From assembly GCA_031835245.2 (NCBI GenBank), contig JAVKOQ020000068.1, forward strand, positions 186,001-211,493: DNA of 25,493 nucleotides, written 5' to 3'. The DNA is from Balamuthia mandrillaris. Taxonomy: Eukaryota. Position numbers and translations under genes: made by a program. Shown one piece after another: positions 1 through 9,746 of the stretch; the stretch's first letter is position 1; every line of letters starts with the position of its first letter. Below the pieces are notes generated by a model. The model was not told the origin of the DNA and did no database searches. It saw only the letters and a program-made list of their open reading frames with translations.

Positions 1-238
1 AGGCGCAGAGGACCGTTTTGTGAGCTTTCAGCTGTTCCACGGTTTGTTGTTGTGCCGGGCCGAGCAGCAGCAGCAGGGTGATGTCGCCGCACCGCTCCAC
101 GTTGCTGTACAGTTGGGCGAAGCTGCGGCGAACCATTTCGCCAAAGAAAGAGGCGTCCAGGCCGGAATGCTTGGTTTTGGCCAGGGAGGCAACATCTACG
201 CCTCTAAACAGGCCAACGGGCCGCTCTTCCAGTTCCAT
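1..238 (-). CDS. BTB/POZ domain protein, N-terminal part (runs off the window's left edge)
   Basis: Minus-strand ATG at 238 opens MELEERPVGLFRGVDVASLAKTKHSGLDASFFGEMVRRSFAQLYSNVERCGDITLLLLLGPAQQQTVEQLKAHKTVLCA. The 'GDITLL...LKAHKTVLCA' segment matches the start of a BTB/POZ domain (D-V-T-L...F-x-AHK-x-VL-x-A). Absent from the ORF track because the window ends before a stop codon. Confidence 0.8.
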   Translation of the reverse strand, partial: MELEERPVGLFRGVDVASLAKTKHSGLDASFFGEMVRRSFAQLYSNVERCGDITLLLLLGPAQQQTVEQLKAHKTVLCA

Positions 239-543
239 CACTACGTGCAAAAACCTTTATTGTTCTTTTTCTTCTCCAATTTTTTTTTTGCTCCCGCCAA
301 AATTTTTCGAAGCATTACGATATTTGGTCGACATAAATATCAAATTAGAAAATTTAATTAAAGGATTATCAATTAAATTGTCGACAGTAATGCTTTTTGT
401 CTTCTTTATTGTTCCCCGAACAAAAGAAGCGAAGGGGCAACAAAAAAAAAATTGGAAGAGACAAGAGGGGGGGATTCTCTCTGGTTTGTTAACAACCCAC
501 ACACCATAACAAGCAAAAAGAGAATTTTGCAAACGACTCCAGT
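239..543. promoter_or_regulatory. Putative bidirectional promoter between the BTB and Rac genes
   Basis: 305-bp AT-rich gap between head-to-head ATGs. Promoter function is inferred from geometry only. Confidence 0.55.
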
Positions 544-1809
544 ATGAAGGCTATAAAGTGCGTTGTGGTGGGGGATGGCGCAATTGGAAAAACCTGCATG
601 TTGATGTCTTTCTCCAAGAACACGTTCCCGGAGTCCTACGTGCCCACCGTCTTTGACAATTTCAACACCGCCATCATGGTGGACGATGTGCCTTACAATC
701 TTACGTGAGAGTCATCCTTGCTATGTCTTTTTGTTTTCTTTCGTTTTCTTAACGTTTCCTTTTCCCCCTCAAAAAAAAAAAAAAAAAAAAAAAAACCAGA
801 CTCTGGGATACTGCTGGTACTTTGTTTGCCCCTTTTTGTTTCATCTTTCCTTTTATTTTTCTTTCTTATGTGAACTATTTTTTTTTTCTTTGATCTGCTA
901 AACAGGCCAAGAAGAATTTGATCGGCTAAGAGCGCTTTGTTATCCACAAACGGACGTCTTTCTGGTTTGCTTCTCTTTGGAGAACCCCAACAGCTTTGAA
1001 AACATTTCTCTTCGTGTAATGCCTCCCACTCCTCCTTTCTTCTCTGTCTTCTCCACTTTCCCCTCTCGTTCTCTATTTTATTCCCTCCAGTTCTCTCTTC
1101 TCTCCATGCTGTGTCGTTCTCTTTCGCTTTTCTCTCAAACTGAAGTGTTACTTTATCTTCGCGTTTATGCATTTGTATACATAGTGGCACCCAGAGCTGA
1201 AAGCTCATTGTCCAGGAGTACCGTATGTGTTAGTTGGCACCAAACTAGATCTAAGAAAAGACCCTAAAACATTGGAGAACCTGGAGAAGTTGAAACTCTC
1301 ACCCATTACCACAGAACAGGTTCGTTATTTCTTCTTTGTCCTTCCATTCGTTTTTTCTTTGCCACCCAGACAAACAACAGAGAAAGAATAAAGAAAAAAC
1401 AACATAAAAGAACTAGACAAGAAGAAGAAGAAGAAGAAGAAGAAGAAACAAGAAACAAGAAAGAAGAACAAGAACAAGAACAAGAACAAGAATGAGAACA
1501 AATAGAGAAACGAAAAGAGAAAAACGAAACTCGAAAAACAAGACAACGCAAAGCAGCAAGCAAACTCTTCGCTTATTATTTTAAAAAATCTAATAGGGCA
1601 TAAAACTGGCCGAGTCCATCGGAGCTTTTGCTTATTGCGAATGTTCCGCGATGACACAAGAAGGCCTAAAGAACGTGTTCGACGAGGCAGCGCGCTGCTT
1701 TGTGGCGTACGAGAATGAGGGAATGGAGGGCAGCGACGAGGAGGACGGCGCCGCTGGTCCTCCAGCGAGCAACAACGGGGCCAAAGGCAAATGTTGTGTG
1801 CTGTCTTGA
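544..1809 (+). CDS. Rho-family (Rac-like) small GTPase, 5 exons, 211 aa
   Basis: Exons 544-704, 800-816, 906-1015, 1185-1319, 1597-1809; all GT-AG, 636 nt. Motifs: G1 GDGAIGKT, effector [10 protein letters not shown]3 LWDTAGQEEF, G4 GTKLD, Rho insert [14 protein letters not shown]5 ECSA, C-terminal KGKCCVLS*. Confidence 0.96.
1418..1492 (+). repeat. (GAA)n/(GAACAA)n purine-rich simple repeat in Rac intron 4
   Basis: Read directly: gaagaagaa... followed by gaacaagaacaagaacaa. Confidence 0.9.
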
Positions 1810-2115
1810 AAGGCAAAGGAGGCATGCCTCTCTCGACTTCTATCTCTCTTATATTTTTTTAAAACGAGAAACTTTTGTTGTAAAAATAATAATAATCGTT
1901 TTTTTTGTTAGGCGAAAGACACAATCGATAACTATTCAAAATAGTTTGACGATATTATAGTCAGGTTAAGAAATAACGTTGATAATTCACTAAACTATCG
2001 ATATAATCCGCCTTAAAAGTTTCTCAGAAAAGTTTACAGTGACCCCTGAAAACAAAAAGAAAAAAGCAGAAGAGAGAACCAAAAGTAAAGTAGAGAGAAG
2101 AGAAAAAAAATAGGA

Positions 2116-2738
2116 ATGCAAGTAGCGGGGGACCAGTGGTCCTGCTCGGTGTGCACCTTTCTCAATGACAACCACAAAACCAAATGCGAGATGTGCAACG
2201 GCCCTTCTCCTTCCGCCCTTTTGAGCACTCTCTTTTCCCCTGCCTCTTCGGTTTCGCCCTCTTCTTCCTTGTCCTCGTCGACGCCTTCTTCCACTTTTTA
2301 TTCTCCTTCGTCCGCTCCTGCCTTTACCCCTTCTTCTACCGCCCTTTCTTCTTCTCCTTTTCCACCTCCTCTTCCCCCTGCTGCTTCTGTTCCCTACTTT
2401 CCTTCTTCTTTTCCTGTGCCCTCTTCCAGGCGAACAGACAGGTCAGAGATCAGAGCGCCCCCTTCCAGCGAATGCCTTAGAAGATTGGTCCTCGACCTTA
2501 AAGAGGTGCAGAAGAGCAAAGACCCCACCATTCATGTCTGTCCCGATGAGAACGACGTAACGCGAGTACAAGCCCTCATCATTGGCGTGGAGGGGACTCC
2601 CTATCATGGAGGCTTCTTTCTCTTTGGTTTGTTGATCTTTCTTTCGACCCTTTTTTTTCTCTCCATATCTCTAATTTTTTATTTGTTTTTTGTCATTTTG
2701 AGTTTGAGGCACACTTTTTTAACCATGTTGTTGCTCTG

Positions 2739-2780
<42 letters not shown>

Positions 2781-4621
2781 CTCCTCTCCTCCTTTCCTTG
2801 TGAACAGACATGCAGTTTCCGTCAGACTATCCATGGAAGCCTCCTAGGGTAACTTTGTGCGTTTTTCCCTTTGCCCTTCTACAACTCTGGGAGCAAACCA
2901 ACAGAATGAGTAACATCATCGTCTTAACAGGTTGACGACAGATAACAACACGGTCCGGTTTAACCCCAACCTCTACGCCTGCGGCAAAGTGTGTCTCAGT
3001 ATCCTTGGAACATGGGCTGGTTAGTTTATCGACTTTTCTTCATCTTCTTCGTTTTTTCTTTCTTTTTTTTTTTACAAAAATAATTAGGGCCAAGTTGGAC
3101 ATCCATACAAACAATGCTATCGACCTTGATGTCAATCCAATCGTTGATGAACGAGAAGCCATACCACAACGAGCCAGGCCATGAAGTTGAAACGAGGGCT
3201 GGCGACGTTCAGAATTATAACGATTGTATCGCCCACGAAACGTTGCGAGTGGCTGTCATCGGAATGTTGGAAGATCCGTCGATCCATAAAAGTATGTTAT
3301 CTTAACTCTACATACCGTATTTGTGGTTCTCTAATTTCTGTGCTTTGTTCCTTTGTTCTGTTTTGTTTCAAATAGAGTTCAAAGGAATAATGGGAAGAAA
3401 GTTCTTGGCAGAGTTCGATTCGTACTTGGCCAAAGCGGAGCAAGGCAGAGCTATCGATGGAAAACAAATGCAGGATCCATTTGGAGAGGAAAGAGGATAC
3501 TTCCGTTATGGCTCTTTGATTCCTCGTTTGCACGCTCTGAAGAAGAGAATCGAAGATCAAACGAACAACGAGAAAGAAGAAGAAGCCTCATCAGAATCTT
3601 CATCAGAGGAGGAATTCTCAGATGATGAAGACGACGATGAAGCTGACCCAAAAGGCAAAGAAAAAGATGATGAGCAAAAAGATGGAAAGAAAAACGAGTC
3701 AACAAATGACCTGTCTTCAATACAACAACCCGAAACAACCATAGAAACGAAGGTAACAGCAGGAGATGAAACCAAAAACAAAGACCAGAAAAACAAGGAA
3801 GATACCACTGAACCGTCGTCATCACCTTCCTTGCCTCCTCTTATTGAATCTGAACGCCTGAACAACGCCACCGACGATGCTTCCGAAAAAGAACCGACAT
3901 CGCCCTCCATGCCCGCCCTCGTTGAACCAGAACACCTTCCAACTTTTGCCTTTGAGTTCAAAGAAGCAAAAGAAAGTAGGGAAAAGAAGGGAGAGGAAGA
4001 GGAGATGGATCCAGACCTCCTTCTTGCACTGAAGCTCTCTGCAGAGCTCAACAACACATCACCAACACCTCAACTATCAACTCCTTTTGAGCTGGACGCT
4101 GCCCTCGCCATGAGCTTACAAGCTGAATGGAACGCCGCACCACAACATTATTCTACTTCTTCTACTTTTGGCGGGGGTAACAAATGGAGCGCGCATCATC
4201 ATCATTCTTCTTTATCATCACAACCTAGAAGTGGTGCTTCTTCAACAACAACAGCGACAACTCCTTCCACCAAATCGTTGAAAGAGCTGAAGAAGGAAGC
4301 GAGACAACATAAAAAATCGAAAGACTATGATCCTTCCGTCGTTTGTCTGATCTGCAAGCAATCCCCAAAGGAATACATCATCCCACCGGGTTGCGAGCAG
4401 CCCCACATCTATTGCTTTGCCTGTGCAGAACGCATCAAAACTCAGGCAAGTTCAACCAGAGGTCGTTTTGGGAACCGAGGTTTTGGTGACCGGTCCTCTT
4501 CCGCACCTGTGTTGCGATGTGTTCTCTGCAAATCGGTCTCTCATCTGGACTCGAATGGGGGTGTTGAAGCTCTCAAACGAAGAAGAAAGAGAAAGAGGAC
4601 TAGCCCAGGTTTATAACACCT

Positions 4622-4659
<38 letters not shown>

Positions 4660-5599
4660 CTCTCTTCTCACCTTCGCCATTTTTGTTTTAATCAAATTAA
4701 TAGGCGTATGCCCAGAACACAACGAACCATTCAACTTCTTTTGCATGGATGAAGCTGTTCTCATCTGCCACTTGTGCGTTGGAGGAGAGCACAGTCGTCA
4801 TCGTTGCGAAGCTTTGGAAGAGGCCTATAACACATTGACAGACAAGGTCGAGGATAGTTTGAAAGTGTTAGAGGGCAAGTGGACGAGCATGGAAGGCTTT
4901 GTTCAACAAATGGAGGAGAAACAGAACAAACTCGAGGAGGCAGTCGCGGAGCGAAAGAAAGAGGTCAAAGATCTGTTTGATCAGCTGCGAGCGATGTTGG
5001 ATGAGAAAGAGAAGGAAGTGGAGGCAGCTATGAACAGAGTCGAAGAGCAGAAGAGACGGCAGATACAAGGTGCTAAAGAAAAGGCACAACAACAGATGGA
5101 AAGCATCCCTGCCTCTATCTCAGCTCTTAGCGCTGCGTTAGAAAAACGGAAAAAGTACCATCACAGTTCTAAAATGTCGTCATCGTCATCAACAACAACG
5201 ACAACGACAACGAGCACTGAAAAACCGCCATCAAAAACAGAAGCAGAAGATGAAAACGAATCACCAGCTCTCTCTTTCTTACGCCAGTACGAGGATAAAG
5301 AGGAGACCGTTCGGCATCTCTGCAACATGGTCATGCCAAAGCTTAACGACAGCGTTTCGCAAATGCCAAACCCCGTTTACCTGCGTGGCATTTCTCACGT
5401 CATCAAACGAGCTCAGTACATCGACTCCCCTGAGGGATACATTCCAACTCCACAACAAGGCGGCGTTGGTGGTGGGTACCCTGCGTTATACGGAGGCATG
5501 GCGGGTGCTTATTTTGAAGGCGATGAGGACGATGACGAGGGCTCAGACGGGTATGAAGATGAGTATGGTGGCGGATGGGGGAATACCGCTCCTTACTGA
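2116..5599 (+). CDS. UBE2Z: NZF - UBE2Z/USE1-like E2 - UIM/MIU - RING - B-box - coiled-coil multidomain protein (E2/TRIM-like E3 fusion), 6 exons, 993 aa
   Basis: Exons 2116-2626, 2808-2856, 2931-3019, 3088-3291, 3376-4608, 4704-5599 (2982 nt). [20 protein letters not shown] core: [58 protein letters not shown], catalytic Cys codon 2992-2994. UBE2Z-type extension: [35 protein letters not shown]3HC4 RING at 4344-4529. B-box: [32 protein letters not shown] helical coiled-coil segment follows. The gene symbol refers to the E2 domain only. Confidence 0.93.
2741..2777 (+). repeat. (CT)n microsatellite in intron 1 of the E2-TRIM gene
   Basis: Read directly. Confidence 0.95.
4626..4656 (+). repeat. 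(CT)n microsatellite in intron 5 of the E2-TRIM gene
   Basis: Read directly. Confidence 0.95.
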
Positions 5600-5699
5600 G
5601 GCTTTGGGCCACCTCCTTCTTTGAAACAACCCTGCGCACAAAGATAACTCTTTTATAACACATTTGTATCAAAGCAAATCCTTGGGTTTGAAGTTTGGG

Positions 5700-8600
5700 T
5701 TACTTTTGTTTTGGGGTGGGTTGTTGTGGCGATGTGTTGGAGAATAACGTTCTTGAGAAGAGCACCGACAATCGTTTGGTGGGGCTGCTGCTCATTGTTT
5801 TTGTTTTCGTTGTTGGGTTGCTTGGTGAGACAGGAGCAGGCAAAGTCTTAGTTGGCGACGGAGGAGCAGGAGTGGGAATGGTATCAGTCGACGAGGGAAC
5901 ACTGGGTTCGGAGAGAGGCGTAGTAGAAGGAGCAGTAGAACCGTTGGCTGTGGAAGTGGGCAAAGGAACGGAAGAACACTGTTCGGCATGGGGTTCTTTT
6001 GGAAGAGAGGGCAGAAGGTGGGGTGTTGTTGGTGGAGGTAGAGGAACGTGAGGTATCACAGAGGATGAAGACGCTTGGTCATCCTCTCGGGTGCTGATTG
6101 TTGACACAGAGGCAGCCGCAGAGGGAGGAGGGAGGTCAGATGTTTCGAAAGCAAGCTGGTATATGTCGGTAAGACTCTCCACCAAGTCTTTCATGGCTTT
6201 CTTGCTGTGCTGCAACCGGTCAGCAGCGGTGTTGGCCACTAGCTTTTGTTGCTGGTACTGAACCACGCCAAGAACTTTTGGCATCAACAACGAAAGCAGG
6301 GGTACATTTTTCGCGGTCATAAGCGCGGGGGGTAGATAGATCATCAGTTCGTTCTGGAGATAGTCCTCTTCGTTTGCTTGTTCTTCTTCCATCTCCTCAT
6401 CTTCTGCTTTGTGTTCGTCTTCTTCTTTCATCTTTCTTGACATGCGAGTCTGGACAGAATCAGAAGAATCGGTGAGAGGGAGAGATGGTTGGGACTGCAC
6501 TTTGTCATCTCCTTTGCCTCGACGAACTTTGGCTCCAATAGTGTTCCACAGTTGCAGTCCCCCTTTTTTGGGACTGTCTTTCATTCTCTGTTCCTCTTCC
6601 ATTACAATCCGATGTTCTTCTTCTCGTTTGCGTTTTTCTTCCTTTCGTTTATCTCGCTGCCTTTGTCTCTGCAGTCGCAGCTTCTTGATGTCAGTTGCCG
6701 TTTTCTTTATGTTCTGCAATTTCTTGCTAACCAAATACTCAATCCTCTTATCATATGGGAGCATCAACATAAACTCCCAATCTTCCTTGTCGCCCTCTTC
6801 CTCCTTTTCTTGTCGCTTTTCATCCTGTTGTTCCTCTTTATGTTCTTTTTCAAGTTCTTCGTGTGGTTCTGTTGCCTCTTTAATGACCATTGAGTCATTG
6901 TGCGTTTGGTGAGGTTCAACTTCTTCCCCCTCTTCCTCTTCCCCTCGTTTTTCTGTTCTTTCCGTAACCAATTTACGACACTGAGCAAAGTGAATGCGTA
7001 ACCTCTCTTCATCATCTTCCTTCGCGTCGCTGCACTCATAGACCATGCAAAGGTCCATTTTCATTTTGGTTTGGGCTTCTTCTAACATGTTTCGGATTAG
7101 CGCTGGCGAAGAAGAATCCGAAGATGAGGAAGGAAAGCTAGATACAGATATGGAAGCTCGACAGGGCGAAGGAGAAACACAAGGAGCAGAAGAAGAAAGA
7201 GTCAAGGATCGAGGACGTCGACGTCTTAACGTGTGAGGGGATGAAGAAGACGCAATAGAAGAAGAGGATTCAAGGTGAGGGAAGAAAGCATCGAACTCCG
7301 CGTTTAACCGCGTGATAGCTTCGTAGATGTCAGTTAAGATCTCGAGTTCAACTCTCAGTAATCTTTTTCGCATAAACTCGAAGTGATGTAACTGTGCCTC
7401 TAGTCTTTGTCTTAAAGCGGACTCAACGTTGCGAAGAACGAGAGAATCTTTGCGTTGAGTAGGAACGTTGGATGAAGTATTAATGAATGAGGCTGTCATC
7501 TCTCGTAAGCGAGATTGTTGAGCTTCAAATTGCTGTTGTAATGCTTGCTCAATCTTCACCGCTTCCTGTACATTTTTAGTTTTTAAGTCCACAGAACAAG
7601 AAGAAGATATAATGGGAGGTAAAGGATAGGTAAGGTACCGCAAAATCAGTGGTTAAGGGGGACACATTTGACTTGCTGGTAAGAAAAGAAGTTGTGGAGA
7701 AAGAAGGCAGTGGAGAAGGGTTGAGAGAAGGAGATTTTGCTTCAGGAGTGAAAGATGAGGACTGTTGTGCTTGCAAAGTAGAGAAAGTATTTTGCAGCTC
7801 ATAATTGGTAGGCATTGTTTGGCCGCCTGGTTCTTTGAAGAAGCAGAACGAAGTAGATGCAATAACTGAAGGTGGGGGAGAAGCACGCTTTTCAAGAGAA
7901 GGGTGTCGAAGCGAGGCAGAGGCGGATGATGAAGCTAAGGAAGATGAACCAGAAGATGAGCGAACCAGAGAAGATGAGCGAGGACGAGAGGGATCTAAGG
8001 ATGGAAGCACCCAAGAATTCTCCTCTTGGAGAGAGTACGCAGTGTCTACTGCGAGAACGTTTTCTTCGTACTTTAAAAGCAGTTGGCTGAGATACGACTC
8101 CTTTTGTAGGATAAGTTGATAGCATCTAGTAAGTTGTTCTGTTGATGAGAAGGAATTGAAGTTTTCCTTCTTTTGAGTTGTTGGTTGTGCTTCTGTTGGG
8201 TTTAAGAAGAAAATGGAAGACGAAGAAGAGGAGGAGGAACGTGCTTGCTCTTGGCAACTGTACAAAACGTGTTTGTATTCAGTGGCACGTTTCCACCGCT
8301 CTACAGCAACTCCACATTCTCTGCAAGCTGTTAACATAGGGGGCGGTGAAGGATTGTTGGTATGAGCCTTTGTTTTTGTTGGTGTTTGTGTTTTGCTTGT
8401 TTTGGTTGTTCTTCCGTTGTTGTTACTGTTGTGTTTCAGCTGATTGTTTTGGGTTGACGAGAGTGAGGTTTGTCCGGGAATTGGAGACGTTTCTGCGGCT
8501 TCTGCAGAGGTTAGATAATTGGCTGAAAGAAGAGCGTATATCTGATCCTCTTCCAATGGTATCACGTTTAAATTTAATTCTTTTTCTTCTTTTTCTTCTC

Positions 8601-9746
8601 GTTTTACATCGCTTTCATCCACGCTGTTGTTGCTTTTGTCGTCAAGTGCACTTTTTGAGATTGAGGAAGAAGAAGAAGTAACCGCAACAGGGTTACTGTT
8701 GCTGTTAACGTTGCGAGATTCGGAGAGAGAAGAAGAGGAAGAAACTGATGGTGGGGATAGGATGTGAAGAGATACGGATGGCGTCGCACAGTTTTGGCAA
8801 AAGTGTCGTTTGCAGAACTCGCATTCCACCCTACGGAGCTCAAAAAGACCAAAAGATGCACTGGTGACAAAAAAAGCGGTGAAGGTTATAAGAAAGACGG
8901 GAGGAGAAGAAGAACAATTACTAAGAAAAAACACAACATCAATAACAGAGAACTAGAACAAAAAAATAACACAACGAACTTGCAGAGAGCGCAGCGTTTG
9001 GAGGAGATGGGGCTTGGAGGCGGCACATTGTTACGGTGTTGCTGCCTCTGTTCGGCTGACTTCGTGTTATTAGAGCGTTTGAAGAAAGAAAGGAAGGTGC
9101 GTTTCTCTTCTTTCTTCAACGTCTCTTTCAAGTGTTGCAATGATAACTACAAAAAGCAAACATTTAAATTAGAACAGACAGAAAAGGATGGGAAAGAAAG
9201 AAACGACAAGAAAGAGGCAACAAAGGACAAGAAAAACACGAACTTCTGCAAGCCTTTGAATGATGGCAGCAACCCGCTCCTCTCGAGCAAGAGCGCGAGC
9301 TTTACGCTGTTTCAGGAAGAGAGGCGTCTTATTTCTGGTAACCAACATCCCTCCTCTGTTTCTGCTGTCCTCCCACAACCCGCTTTCTCTTTGTTGTTGA
9401 GTCGTGAAGCTGAGTAGCAGCGCAGAAGGAGAGGCAGAGGAGGAAGAAGGAGAAGGAGGAGAAGAAGGAGAAGGGAAAGCAGCGTTATTGTTCAGGTTGT
9501 CTGCTCTCTCTTCAGGTGGTTGAGGTTGGCGCAAGAGTGCAGGAAGGGTCATGGGGGTGACAGCTTCTGCTTCTTCTTCCAAGGTTTCTGTAGATGAAAA
9601 AGAAAAGAGAAGAGAAGAGAAAGGACAAGTAGAGATAAATACTACATGGAAGAAACGAAGAGAACATAGGACAAGTATTCGAGCATACCCCATAATAATT
9701 GCTGAAAAATGGCAGAGTGAGGAAAACCTCCTCCTCCCTCCTCCAT
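5700..9746 (-). CDS. Rabenosyn-5/Vac1-like protein with a degenerate, split FYVE-type zinc finger and long coiled coils, about 1218 aa
   Basis: Exons (minus) 9746-9689, 9587-9244, 9146-8980, 8860-7639, 7565-5700 (3657 nt, in frame). Zinc ligands CALC..CEFC..FCQNC...ACREC. The upstream 'RNKTPLFLKQRKAR...IIQRLAEL' resembles the Rabenosyn pre-FYVE helix. The first exon is the least certain; ATG 9552 is an alternative start. Confidence 0.72.

Noticed and set aside
20..532. ORF-track ORFs 20-361, 78-509 and 257-532
   Set aside because: Antisense shadows of the minus-strand BTB gene, or runs through AT-rich intergenic DNA; no protein-like motifs.
653..1960. Several Phe/Lys-rich ORFs over the Rac locus
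   Set aside because: They are translations of T- or A-rich introns and antisense frames; the spliced Rac gene explains the region.
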